64,000 nt of DNA, taken from assembly GCF_048593235.1 (NCBI RefSeq), contig NC_133619.1, positions 448,659,644 through 448,723,643 of the forward strand, given 5' to 3'. Each line of letters opens with the position of its first letter. Within the stretch, counting starts at the first letter, position 1. This document shows, in pieces, positions 29,101 through 41,150 of the stretch. Origin of the DNA: Sminthopsis crassicaudata (Eukaryota). The notes beneath the pieces are model-generated. The model was not told the DNA's origin. It made no database searches and saw only the letters and a list, made by a program, of their open reading frames with translations. The translations under genes and the position numbers were made by a program.

Positions 29101-30026
29101 ACTAAACAGATGGTAAGCTTGACTGTACCTCTTTAAAATGCAGTCTTCAACTACTCCAAGTTAATGTGATTTATTTAACACTTTCCTGGAAATATAATTT
29201 GATAGGTCCCTTTCCATCTTCTTGGTCATTTTAACCTCTCTTTTTCAGCTAACACAAACTTTGAATATGTTTTATTGTTTTCTTTTCTTGTTTCAATTAG
29301 TATTTTAGCTATTTGCCAAGATAACCCATTAATTTTAATTAGGGGTATTTGAATCCTAAAGATGTATTCCAAAGGTTTTAATTAAATCTTTGGTTCCTTG
29401 CTCTATGAATCCATTAACCTTAATCTAGAAGCATGCATGTATCCAAAGGTCACTAATTTACAACAGTTGTGAAAACATGTTCTTATTGTTTAGGGAATGT
29501 TTATAATATTACAATTAGAACACTGTGCCTTAAAAATTTTAAAAATCATAAAGAATACCATTATTCTATCATTTGATGACTATTTTACTTGAATTATCAA
29601 TGTTTATAAGTGATTGTGTTTTTTTCCAAATAAAATATATATTACTATTCTTTTCAAAAAAGTGAAACTAAAAAAAAATTAATTTGGCAATGAAAAAGGT
29701 AATGATGAAGGGGGAAAGGACTTCATCATTGCAGTTATTTTAGAAATAATTCAGTCACAGATTAGAAACAAAAAAAATAAAAACAAAGCTGGCATTTGGT
29801 AATTTAAAATATAAATTGTCTTCTAATTGGAGAAAATGTTCAATGTTTTAAGATACATAAAAAAATTTCCTAAACTTTCACAGACATGTTCCACCATCAA
29901 ATTACTTTCTAATTTAAAGTAATTTTAAGAGCTACCATAATGTTCTCTTTTTGAATCTTTGGATTGTAAATAATTCTATTAGAATTTTTTAATGTTATGA
30001 GAGTAACCATTTATATTTTACATTAG

Positions 30027-30200
30027 GTATTTACTGGAATCTTCACAGCCGAAATGGTTCTCAAGATAATTGCCATGGATCCATATTATTATTTCCAAGA
30101 GGGTTGGAATATCTTTGATGGCATTATTGTCAGCCTTAGTTTAATGGAGCTTGGACTGGCCAACGTGGAAGGATTGTCAGTTCTCCGATCATTTAGACTG
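30027..30200 (+). CDS. SCN3A: Coding exon 14 (174 nt), DII S2-S4
   Basis: attag acceptor, CTG|gtagct donor; [58 protein letters not shown]. Confidence 0.96.
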
Positions 30201-31257
30201 GTAGCTGCAGAATCACTATCTTTATATTCTGCTTTTATTATTATCAAGTTTATTTTGAATTATAATCATGTGTTTTGTGATTAGGAATTTTCAAAAAGTA
30301 TTAATATGTGAGGATCAAATTTCCATTAATTGCATCCATATGAATGCCTATGATCCAAGAATTAAGAGGATTATTATTGCAAACAATAATAATAATTATA
30401 TATATATGTAATAATATACAATAATTATATTATATATAATAATAATAAAGGATCACTTAATGAGCTTTTGAAACTTGAACCTTTTTGTTATTGTTTTATG
30501 TGTAATATAATTAAATTTATAATTCATTCACTAATCTGAGCAATTAACTACCTCAAATTAAAATTTTACATTTTTAATATAAGTCTTTTCAATAAGTATT
30601 TAGCAAAATCTATATATAATGGTTAAAATTTGAGGAAAAAGATATTTTGTTTTTAAAAATATCAAACTTTTTCCTTATTTAATTTAAAAATAATTTGAAA
30701 ATCACCTTTGTAAAAATTAATTTCATTTTCTTCTCTATACTATAAGGAGTTTGAGTTAACTAAATTCACTAGTAATCCCTTAAGAAGATTTTTGTCAATC
30801 TATAAGATTAGAATAAAGATTGGATCTGTGATTTTCATTGGTACAAAGAACTCTCATGTGAGGGAACACACTCTAATCATGAAAGTTGCCTAGAGCATGG
30901 AAGAGTTAAATTACTTAGCAAGAGTCACACAGCAAATGTCAGAGATGGGACATAAATTGTTCTTGGCCTTTAGGCTAGCTTTCTATTATTTACTTCAACA
31001 ATTTTGGTTCTATTATCACTAAGCATTCATTATTCCTTATTATTTTACAGTAATTTCATGTAACATAAAATTGTGTGAAATGAATACTTTCATAATAATA
31101 CAATTTCTTAGTTTGGGGCACCAATATTACTCAGTTTTCTATTTAAGTATCAATCAGAATTGGCCTAGTGTATGTTGACTTTCACCATCATTTAAAGATA
31201 TGCCAACATTTCAGACAAAATAAAAATCCTCCAAATCTTCATCATGATTAATACTGA

Positions 31258-31656
<399 letters not shown>

Positions 31657-32324
31657 TAATTCAAAGATATATTAGTCATAAATTATATACATGTCCACAT
31701 ATATATGGGTATAGGAACATTCTGGTTCTGACAGAAGTATTTATACAATTTATTCTGTCTTTATTTCCTAATAATGTTCTTCAAAAATGAGGAGGTATAT
31801 CAAATAACTATCAAACTTTTGAGAGAATTGGAACTTTGATTCTATTTATTTTACTGTGTTAAACGATGTATAATTATTGACAACAGAAATCCAAAAAGAA
31901 TTAGAATTCTTTTACTGAATAATTCATTCCTTAAACAAATATTTATTGAATTCCTATTAAGCACAACATATTGTATTAGGGCTTATGAGTGCAAAAACAT
32001 AAAGAGAAATAAGGTATAATGTTTTCCTTTTTGTTATCAGTTTGAATTACGTAGAAAGAGAAAAAAAGAAACTAAATTTTTGAATCTTAATTATAGAAAT
32101 TCTTTAGATTTCCCAAATTTGTGGGCAATTTCTAAGCTACCACTCATTTTGAGCAGCATCCTTACTGGAGACATAATTGAGTATAAATATAAGAACTGTG
32201 GTTTTATATTGCTTAATGTTAAAATGTCTCATTTGTCTTTAAATGAATCAATAGCAGTTCTAGCTAGTATTATTAGACTGTCTTCTTAGAAGAAATGGAA
32301 GCTTCCATTCTCGAAAGAACTCTA

Positions 32325-32498
32325 NNNNNNNNNNNNNNNNNNNNNNNNNNNNNNNNNNNNNNNNNNNNNNNNNNNNNNNNNNNNNNNNNNNNNNNNNNNN
32401 NNNNNNNNNNNNNNNNNNNNNNNNNNNNNNNNNNNNNNNNNNNNNNNNNNNNNNNNNNNNNNNNNNNNNNNNNNNNNNNNNNNNNNNNNNNNNNNNNN
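32325..32498. other. Assembly gap (174 N)
   Basis: N run in intron 15. Confidence 1.
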
Positions 32499-33762
32499 AT
32501 TATATAGCATGTATAATATTCTTTTTGGACTGCAAAATTAAGAGGCTTTTAAGTTAAGAAGATAATCTAGAGGAGAGATAGAAAATAAACTAGGACTTTA
32601 ATCTACCATGTATGTATGTCTGATTACCACATCGATAATGAATTTTCAGAGACACTTTACACTACAGAAATATCTCTAAATAAATTTCCCTTTATGTCAG
32701 CAATAGTACATTACAACTGGATCAATCATAGCTTGTTACTTTAACATTTAATTGCTTCCACATTTCCTGCTGCTATTGCTGGAATTTCAGCTAGCTTCTC
32801 AACTCATTCCATATTCTATTGGTGAAAAAGATAAGAGACAAAAGCAATTTGTGTACATGATTATGTTTCAAAATATCTGCACATGCTTCTTTTTTAAATT
32901 ATACACACACACACACACACAAATTGCAAAGTATATTTATGATGAGAGCAATTAAAACCTACAATATGCTCTTTAGAAATTTTATTTAAAATAAACTGTC
33001 CTATTCTAAGAACCCTTTGTCAGAAGCAGTTTTTATTTGAGGCAGCCTACATCTGAAGTCACTACTAGTGGCCAAACACTGATTGTTACAAATTGTTTTA
33101 CAACTAAGCCAGGAATAAACTTGTAAAAATTAAAAAAATAAAAGGGGGGGGGGAGCCAAAACTAATAAAGTCCTTCTGGCTTGGGGAAGGGAGGGACAAA
33201 AGAGTGGCTTTTATAAATGTGTCATGGCAATACTAGCTAATACCAACATGTAACAGTTAGAATATAAGAATAAAAACTCAACATAGCTATAATTTATTTG
33301 TTGGTCATTCTGGTTTACCATGATTACTATCTAATGTTTAATTTATATAACTAGCAATGCTTTCATTGGTTTTGTGGGTGGGAAGGCAGGAGACAAGGAT
33401 GGGTGGGAAGTTTTGTGATGTTTCATTATCCTTTTGATGACAAAAAGAAGATTAATTTTTGTTTTGGTATTAGGTATAGAAGGGCTCACCTATTTTTAAC
33501 AGATTATTTTACTGGTGCTATCTTGCTCTCACCATATGCTTAGCCCATCTTTTCTTTCAGCCATATATTTCTTGAATAATATCCTTTACTCCAGAGCTTC
33601 ATAATTCCTAATTTGTTATATATTGCAGTCTATTCATAACCAGCCCACATCTCTTAATAATACTTGATACTGAATTTTAATTATTTGGAGACTTTAGTGT
33701 TTGAAGATTTCAAACATTTGTAAAAATGAAAGAAATTACATTTATCTCCTATTTTCCTTTAG

Positions 33763-34239
33763 GTACTGAATCTGTTTCTGGCCTTGCTGCTGAGCTCATT
33801 TAGCTCAGACAATCTTGCCGCTACTGATGATGATAATGAAATGAACAATCTCCAGATTGCTGTGGGGAGAATGCAGAAGGGGATAGATTATGTGAAAAAA
33901 GAAATACGGGAATGTGTCCAAAAAGCCTTTGTTGGAAAGCCAAAAGCTATAGAAATCAAAGTCCTTGAAGTCAATAAGATAGAAAGCTGCATTTCCAATA
34001 ATACTCCAGTTGAAATAAGCAAAGACCTTAATTATCTGAAAGATGGTAATGGAACTACCAGTGGTGTAGGTACAGGAAGCAGCGTGGAAAAATATATAAT
34101 TGATGAAAATGATTACATGTCATTCATAAACAACCCCAGTCTTACTGTAACAGTACCAATTGCAGTTGGGGAGTCTGATTTTGAAAACTTAAATACTGAA
34201 GATTTCAGCAGTGAGTCAGAACTGGAAGAAAGCAAAGAG
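33763..34239 (+). CDS. SCN3A: Coding exon 16 (477 nt), DII S6 end and DII-DIII linker with ankyrin-G binding motif VPIAVGESD
   Basis: tttag acceptor, GAG|gtatgg donor; [40 protein letters not shown]...[32 protein letters not shown]. Confidence 0.97.
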
Positions 34240-35074
34240 GTATGGATTTTTTTTTAAGTTGTATTTGTACAATCTCTGATATTGATGTACTTATTTAATG
34301 TTCCTTAGTTACATATCAATAGAATAATAGATATAATAATTATGATAAGTGTATGAACCACATAGCATTGAATCTATTTTTAGGAAGCCCACACAATTTT
34401 CCACTGCAAAGTGATGTCTCTGAAAGACCTACAAATTAATTTTCTCAAAAATTTTTTTCTCTAAATTTTGTTTAAAGAAGAAAGGTCTTTCCAGTAATTC
34501 CATTTGGCCTTTTAAACATGGTTGTTCCCCATACAGCCATGGCACTACTTCATTTTTCTTTGGGAAATTCTATGTATTATATTTTAATTACTTCAAGTAT
34601 GCACTTGAAGTACCATATGTATTTATGATATACTTTTGGTAAAATAGATAATTTTAATATTATTATTCATACATATCTGAATCTACATAAATAAACCATA
34701 AATATAATTAATGATAATTAGATAAGTACCTAAAATTTCAAGTGGATGGGGTATTGAATGAGTGTTGCATGTTTAGGGGTAAATAAACTGATATTTTTAA
34801 TCAACTAGAAAAGAATAGTGGAATGAACGTCTTTTTGCTTTCTTACTAATAGTTCCCAAAAAACCCTTCTCAGGTTCATGGGACACAGCCTTAGTGTTTT
34901 GTCTTTTGATATGTTTATATAGAGAAGTGTGTATGTATTTATATGTGTGTGTATATATGTATATATATGCTTTAATTTTTAAGAAAAATAGAAATTGTGA
35001 TAGTTTACTTATCTTTTTGCCAATTAGAACAAGAAAATCAGATCTTTAATCTGAGACATGATGGCTTAAAGCAA

Positions 35075-35216
35075 NNNNNNNNNNNNNNNNNNNNNNNNNN
35101 NNNNNNNNNNNNNNNNNNNNNNNNNNNNNNNNNNNNNNNNNNNNNNNNNNNNNNNNNNNNNNNNNNNNNNNNNNNNNNNNNNNNNNNNNNNNNNNNNNNN
35201 NNNNNNNNNNNNNNNN
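35075..35216. other. Assembly gap (142 N)
   Basis: N run in intron 16. Confidence 1.
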
Positions 35217-35879
35217 CAAATTTCAAATATGGATTTTCAGAATACACTGTAGAAACCAAATGATAGTAAAATTAATGATACCAATGCTGTACCTCAATGT
35301 TTGTTATATAGATAAGGATTAAAGGTTATTGTAAATTCTTCAATTTCTTTTTCAAGATACACTAGCTTGCCAGTAGAAAAACTTCATAAACACTCAAAGA
35401 TTTGCTATGTAGGCTTAGTATTGCCAGCATAGTAATCAGATCCATAATGCTGTCTAATTCTGTTTTGGGACCAAATTTTTTTTTTTAGTGTGAATATAGG
35501 ATTTTTATTTCAAAATTACTTACCATCTAAATCCCCATTCCAGAGTAATCAAATAACAACTCATATTACCCTAGCCATTTTGTAGAAATATCACAGTTGC
35601 CAACACATCATAGCTTATAAGAAAGTGTTTTGTAAACTTTAAAGCATTATATAAAAGTATTTGATTATTCCTTTCCTTTCTTATCATTCTTTAAGAGTCT
35701 ACTTCATGAAGTTAAATATAATTGAAGTTATTCACGCTTAAAAATAATTTGTTCCTTTATTCAAGGCTTAAATTTGAAAGAAAGAAAGGAACAAAGGAAG
35801 GAAGGAAGGCAGGAAAGAAAGAAGGAAAAATGGAAGAAAGGAAGGAACAAACAAAGAAAGAATCCATTAATCCTAAATT

Positions 35880-36900
35880 ATTTATTTAGCATGGACAAGT
35901 CCAGACGTAGGCTTACCTGATACAGAGGAATATGAGCTTTCCTCTGCTTGCAAGAAACTTACCATTTTACTAGGGAAGGAAAACTCATTCATTTGAAAAC
36001 AATTTTAGAGAAAAAATGTGGTAAATATGCAGATATTGACTCTAAGGGCAAGAGAAATTCAGAAAAAGAAAAGATCAATATAAGGTGTACTAGTATGAAA
36101 AGGCTTCATTGGCAATGTGGGTCTTGAAGGATGGGTAAGATATAGACAACATGAGAGGTAAAATGGATTCATTTCAAGAGAAAAGAGCAACAAAAGCAAA
36201 AACCCAAAGGAAAAAAAAGTATAGTCCCATATGGAAGGTAGTGATGAAACTCACCTCATTCACTGGGGATGACCTTGAAATCTATACAAGAGACTTTGAA
36301 TTTGATATTGTAAACAAAGAATGTTCCTTTGTTCTTTAACATAGGAATATGATGAAATGGTACTCCAGGAAATTAACTTGACAGCAGTATTTAAGAGTCA
36401 AGCTGAATAAAAAGAAATATTGGGGTCATATAGAAACCAGCTAAGAAAATTATTACAATAATTCAGTAATGACATAATGAGGGCCTAACCTAGAGTGGTA
36501 GTAATAGGAACTGAAAGGAAGTATTTTTGAAATTTCACAGAAAGAAGATGAAGGAGAAGAATGATGATTCCAAGATATCTGGCTTGGGATACTGAACATT
36601 TGGTAGTTTCACTGGAAATTATGTTTTTTAGGTAAAGGACTCAAAATCTGAGATGAAAATGAATTTCAGTTTTAGATATGTTGAGTTATAAATGTTGACA
36701 CTTATAGCACAGTCAAATAGAATTGTGGGATTATTTAGATAAGAGATCAAGGCAGCAAATGTAAAATTGATAACAGAAACTCTGAAACGCATGAATAATC
36801 AGCACACCAAGGGAGTAACTATAGTTGGTGAAAAGAAGAGGATTAAAGACAGTATTAGAGAACATCCAAATTTAGAAATAGGAGGATAAAAAGGAACCTT
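35880..36900 (-). mobile_element. Decayed L2-type fragment
   Basis: Purine-rich L2-antisense pattern (gggtcttgaaggatgggtaaga, gagggcctaacctagagtggtag, ttcagttttagatatgttgagt); approximate. Confidence 0.45.
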
Positions 36901-38787
36901 TAAAAGCAAATAAAATAAGCAAATAAAATAAATAAGCAAATAAAAAACAGACAGTAACCAGTTTTTAGTCATAGTTTTTTGCTATATTAGTGTCTTGGAA
37001 AGTGGGATGTGTATATAGATGTGAGATGGGTGGAAGGTGTGTGTAATCGTAAATCTAAGTCTGCTTAAAATACAGGTATTTTATATATCTACTCAAGAAA
37101 GTTCTATACCATTTTAGAGAGAATTTTTTCATAGCTTATGTAGAATATCAGTTAAATAGTAGGATTCAATAATTCCCTTATCATCAAACTCTTGCCCACT
37201 TTTCATTTCCATTTATAAAATGTCATACACTTGGTGATTTTTCTTATGCCACTCTATGCTTTTTTCAAGATGACATTGAATAAGTTCAATCTAGCTGTAG
37301 AATAGAGTGTAAATGATTAATGTACATGAAGAAATTAATTGATTTAATAATAATAAATTGAATAATAATAAAAATAAAATTGATAACAGAAACTATGAAA
37401 TGTATGAATAATCAGCATATCAAAGGAGTAACAATAGTTGGTGAAAAAAAGAGGATTAACAAAAGAGGGACATACAAATTTAGAAATAGGAGGTATTATA
37501 TAATAATAATGATATTAGTAATGCCATTAAATATATTTTAAAGTGATTTCAGTGTGGATCATTAGTACCTTGAAACAATTAAGGTATTAATTACTGTATG
37601 TAATTATATGAAGTTCAGAAGGAAAAGTTCTTATAGTTGCCATTCTTAATCAACCAAGTTATCAGTAAGATTTAAGAAAGTTTAAAACTGAAAAAAAATC
37701 TTGAAAAAAAGAAATTACGAGATGTGGTGATAGCTAGGAAATGAAGAAGAAAGAAGGTTCAAATATGACTTCAAGACTTAAAGTTTGGGAGACTGAAGGA
37801 TTGTGGATACCATTGATAAAAATGACATATTTTGAAAAAGGAGGCTTTTTTTGGTAAGGATAACAAGTTCAAGGAAGGCCAGTATCTACATTCACAAAAG
37901 TAAAAAAAGCATGGTATTCTTAGATTGATGAGATGTATTGTTTATCCTATGAAAATGCACATATGACTTGAAATACCCAGAAATTGCTCATTTATGAATT
38001 CAGTTCTATCCAGAGAGAAAGAGCTTACTTTTTTTTTTCAAAATTCATATTTATTGTGTGTATGTAAAGGGAAAACATTTTATTCTTCTTTATTTTTTTT
38101 TTTAAGATTTTTTAGACAGTCAAAGAATGCCTGGATCTGATTTTAAAAGTAAATCATTCTTTTTTTTGGCTTGTGTGTTAAGTAAACAATCCATACATTA
38201 ACACTGAGAAATCTAATAAAAACTTTGAAACATATTTCTGCTTTGGATTAGGCAGTAAATATTGGCAAGTTGAGAAGTCATTTGAAAAGTTTAATATTCA
38301 CTTATTCTTTTTCTTATTAATAATAAAAATAAACTGATTAATAATGCACCTAGGCAAAGATGAGTCATGAAGCCTTGGAGGAAAAATACGAACATTTGTT
38401 ATAATTTGCTGAACTTAAATTGGTTGGTACACAAATCAGCAAATTTTTTTTATGAATGTATTCGTAGAGATCTCAAAACTTAAAAGTAAAAATAATGAAT
38501 TTTGGTTTTCTTCTTTAGGCTAGTATAAGTCTTATGACTAGGTATTTTGTGGAAATTTTGCTAGTTATATACTTATTGATCAAGGTATAAAAAGTTCTGA
38601 TCTGAATTTTCTCATTAGCTCTTTTAGAATTTATTATTTTTATTTACATCCCTGGCTGTAAAAGGGGGATAAAAGAGGGTGAAATGTTTTCTTTTCTTTA
38701 AAATCATATTTAAAGTAGAGTTTCCAGAGGAAAATATAGCAATATCCTATCATGAACTTCACTACTTACCATTCTTACTTCTCACAG

Positions 38788-38871
38788 GGGTAAAATCAAG
38801 CTGGAGCAATCAAGAATGCAGCTCTGGTGCTTATTAACCAGACAGAGGCACGTGCCACCACATTCACCCAG
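38788..38871 (+). other. SCN3A: Probable poison cassette exon (84 nt) equivalent to reported Nav1.2/Nav1.3 exon 17A; second codon is a stop (GGG TAA)
   Basis: tacttac branch-like motif, pyrimidine tract attcttacttctcacag, in-frame TAA, CAG|gttacc donor (weak). Lies in the intron after the EESKE exon, where exon 17A is described. Non-repetitive, GC-richer island. Confidence 0.65.
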
Positions 38872-39904
38872 GTTACCTAAGCAAGTTCTACATATATAAT
38901 AACTTTTAAAATGGGTATTGATTGGCCTGCATGCTTCTCAGCTATATCCCTCCCTTTTCCATCGCAAAAACAGTAGATACATGCACAGCTGCTCTCTGCT
39001 GAATCATGTAACTCACATCACAGCATGGTCAGGCAAGATGGGCAGTCCCGACATAATACACGATTTTGCTACTGAGGTGGTAAAGCTACATTCTAGGTCA
39101 TCCTTAAGATTAATGATTGCATGCTCAGGAGGCTTTATAGTATACATTTAAGCTAGACAGGAGTGCTAAGTATAATACAGGTAAGGAGATAAAAGAAGCA
39201 TGTACTTTCTATTTATTTGCTTTTATTTTACAAAAATGAAACCAGTACCCTTTTTTGATTCAGCCCTTATAAGTGGAATATGTCTAAAAACAGAACCAGT
39301 AACAAACTAGTAAGAGTTATTAAGGAGAAATATTTGGTATGCTTTACTCATGTAAATTACAGTCCCCTCTTACAAATATTAACAAGTTAGTTTTTCATTT
39401 ATCTTGGGAAAGACTTTATGAAATGAGAAGTAATAGAGTTTTTTGAGATTTGAAGGGCCATAGTCTGTATTCATTTGGGCATCACATATCTTGGGCTTTC
39501 ATGAAATTTTATGTAGAAAATGGCATGTTACATGGTTATATCAGAAAAGTGATTAAATATCATGTTTTTGAATGTATAGGAAATGGTGATCATTCTAGAA
39601 TAATTGAGAGTTTGGGAGAGTATCATCAGCCTTTGTGTAATTGGCGCTTTACACTCACCTTTTCTTTTAGACCTCCATGATTCACATTAATTTCACTACA
39701 TTTTCTTCCTGAATTCTGTACTTTAGAATTGAGGAGGCAAAATGAAACTTGGGGGACTTTATATTCTTTTTGTTATTTTTAATTATTTGATAAATAAAGT
39801 CAACTCCCAAGTCGGTTATATATTTGTGGATTTTTTCGGATGCTTGGATTATTTTCTTGACTAATTTTTCTTCTGCCCTGTTGCTCGCCTTTCATTCGTT
39901 TAAA

Positions 39905-39938
<34 letters not shown>

Positions 39939-40489
39939 TCCACTAGAGGAAGGCAGTGGGAAGGAAATTCTGAATGATGTGTCACTGGAATGCTTTCCTG
40001 ACTATTGCAAAAATGCTTTTCAGGGAAGGAAATATAAGTTAATTGTTAAAATGAAGATTGGGGTTGTTGTCTGTGGAATTAATCTATTTCTCCTCTCCTT
40101 ATAATCAGTAATAATTGAGTCTGCTATGTTGTGATATAAATCCAAAAATAATGGTGTAATGTGGGGCAGAGAACAAAATGCCTATTATTTTATTCAATGT
40201 TTTTTCACTAAGTACTGACTTTTTTGATATGAATTTTAAAAAAAAATCATACTACAGAAAATCTGATAATTTCTTTTAATAGCAGAAGTGATAATAATCT
40301 AACATTTGCAGAATGTAAATTATATGCTTATAGCAAGAAGGCCTTGTCTTCTGAATTTCAGAACAAAAATTTTTTCTAGAAGCACTGAAATGCCTCCCTA
40401 AATCAGAACATTTATGCTTGTATGGTGCAGTTTGGAAATTCCTATAGTCCTTTTTAGAGTGTGAGGAACAACAGAACAAAACCTCAGTT

Positions 40490-41150
40490 AGAAAGTATAT
40501 CAGAGGTCATTTTGCTTAGCCTCTAACCCAAATACAAATATGAATTCTTTCTACATCATCCCTGAATATAATCATCTGGCATCAAACTGAAGAGAACTCT
40601 AGTGACAGGAAACCCACTGCTTTCAAAGGTCATCTATTCTACTTTTAGACAAAGCTAATAATTAGGAAGTTTTTCCTTGGCTCAAGCTAAAATGTGCTTC
40701 TCTGTAACTTCCATTTTATTGGTCCTAGTTTTTCCCCTTGGGAAACAAAACATATCCCATCCTTCTTACATACAGCTCCAGGGAATCTCCTTTAGGCTTT
40801 CTTTTCTACATCAACAGTGTTTTCCTTCAACAGATACCTATATCACATGATTCTAGTTTAACTCTGGCTTATAAATATCTTTCCTAAAATGTGGTACTTA
40901 GAACTGAATATAATGGTCCAGATGAGGCTATGATAAGCACTTTACAATTATTTTACAATTATTATCTTGTTTGATCCCCAACAACCCTGTTAGTTAGGTA
41001 CTATTACTTCCATTTTACAGATGAGGAAACTGAGGTAAAGAGGTCTTAAGTTACATGCTCAGGGTCACATAGCTACAAAGACTGTATTTGAACTCAGGTC
41101 AAACTAACTTCAGGCTTGGCATGCTATGCACTGTGGAGCCTCTTAGCTGC
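40490..41150 (-). mobile_element. L3/CR1-like fragment (40490-40930) followed by MIR-type SINE (40935-41150)
   Basis: ctctaattaggaagttttcc...tgtgcttctctgtaacttcc; then cattttacagatgaggaaactgagg...cagggtcacatagct...tttgaactcagg. Confidence 0.6.
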
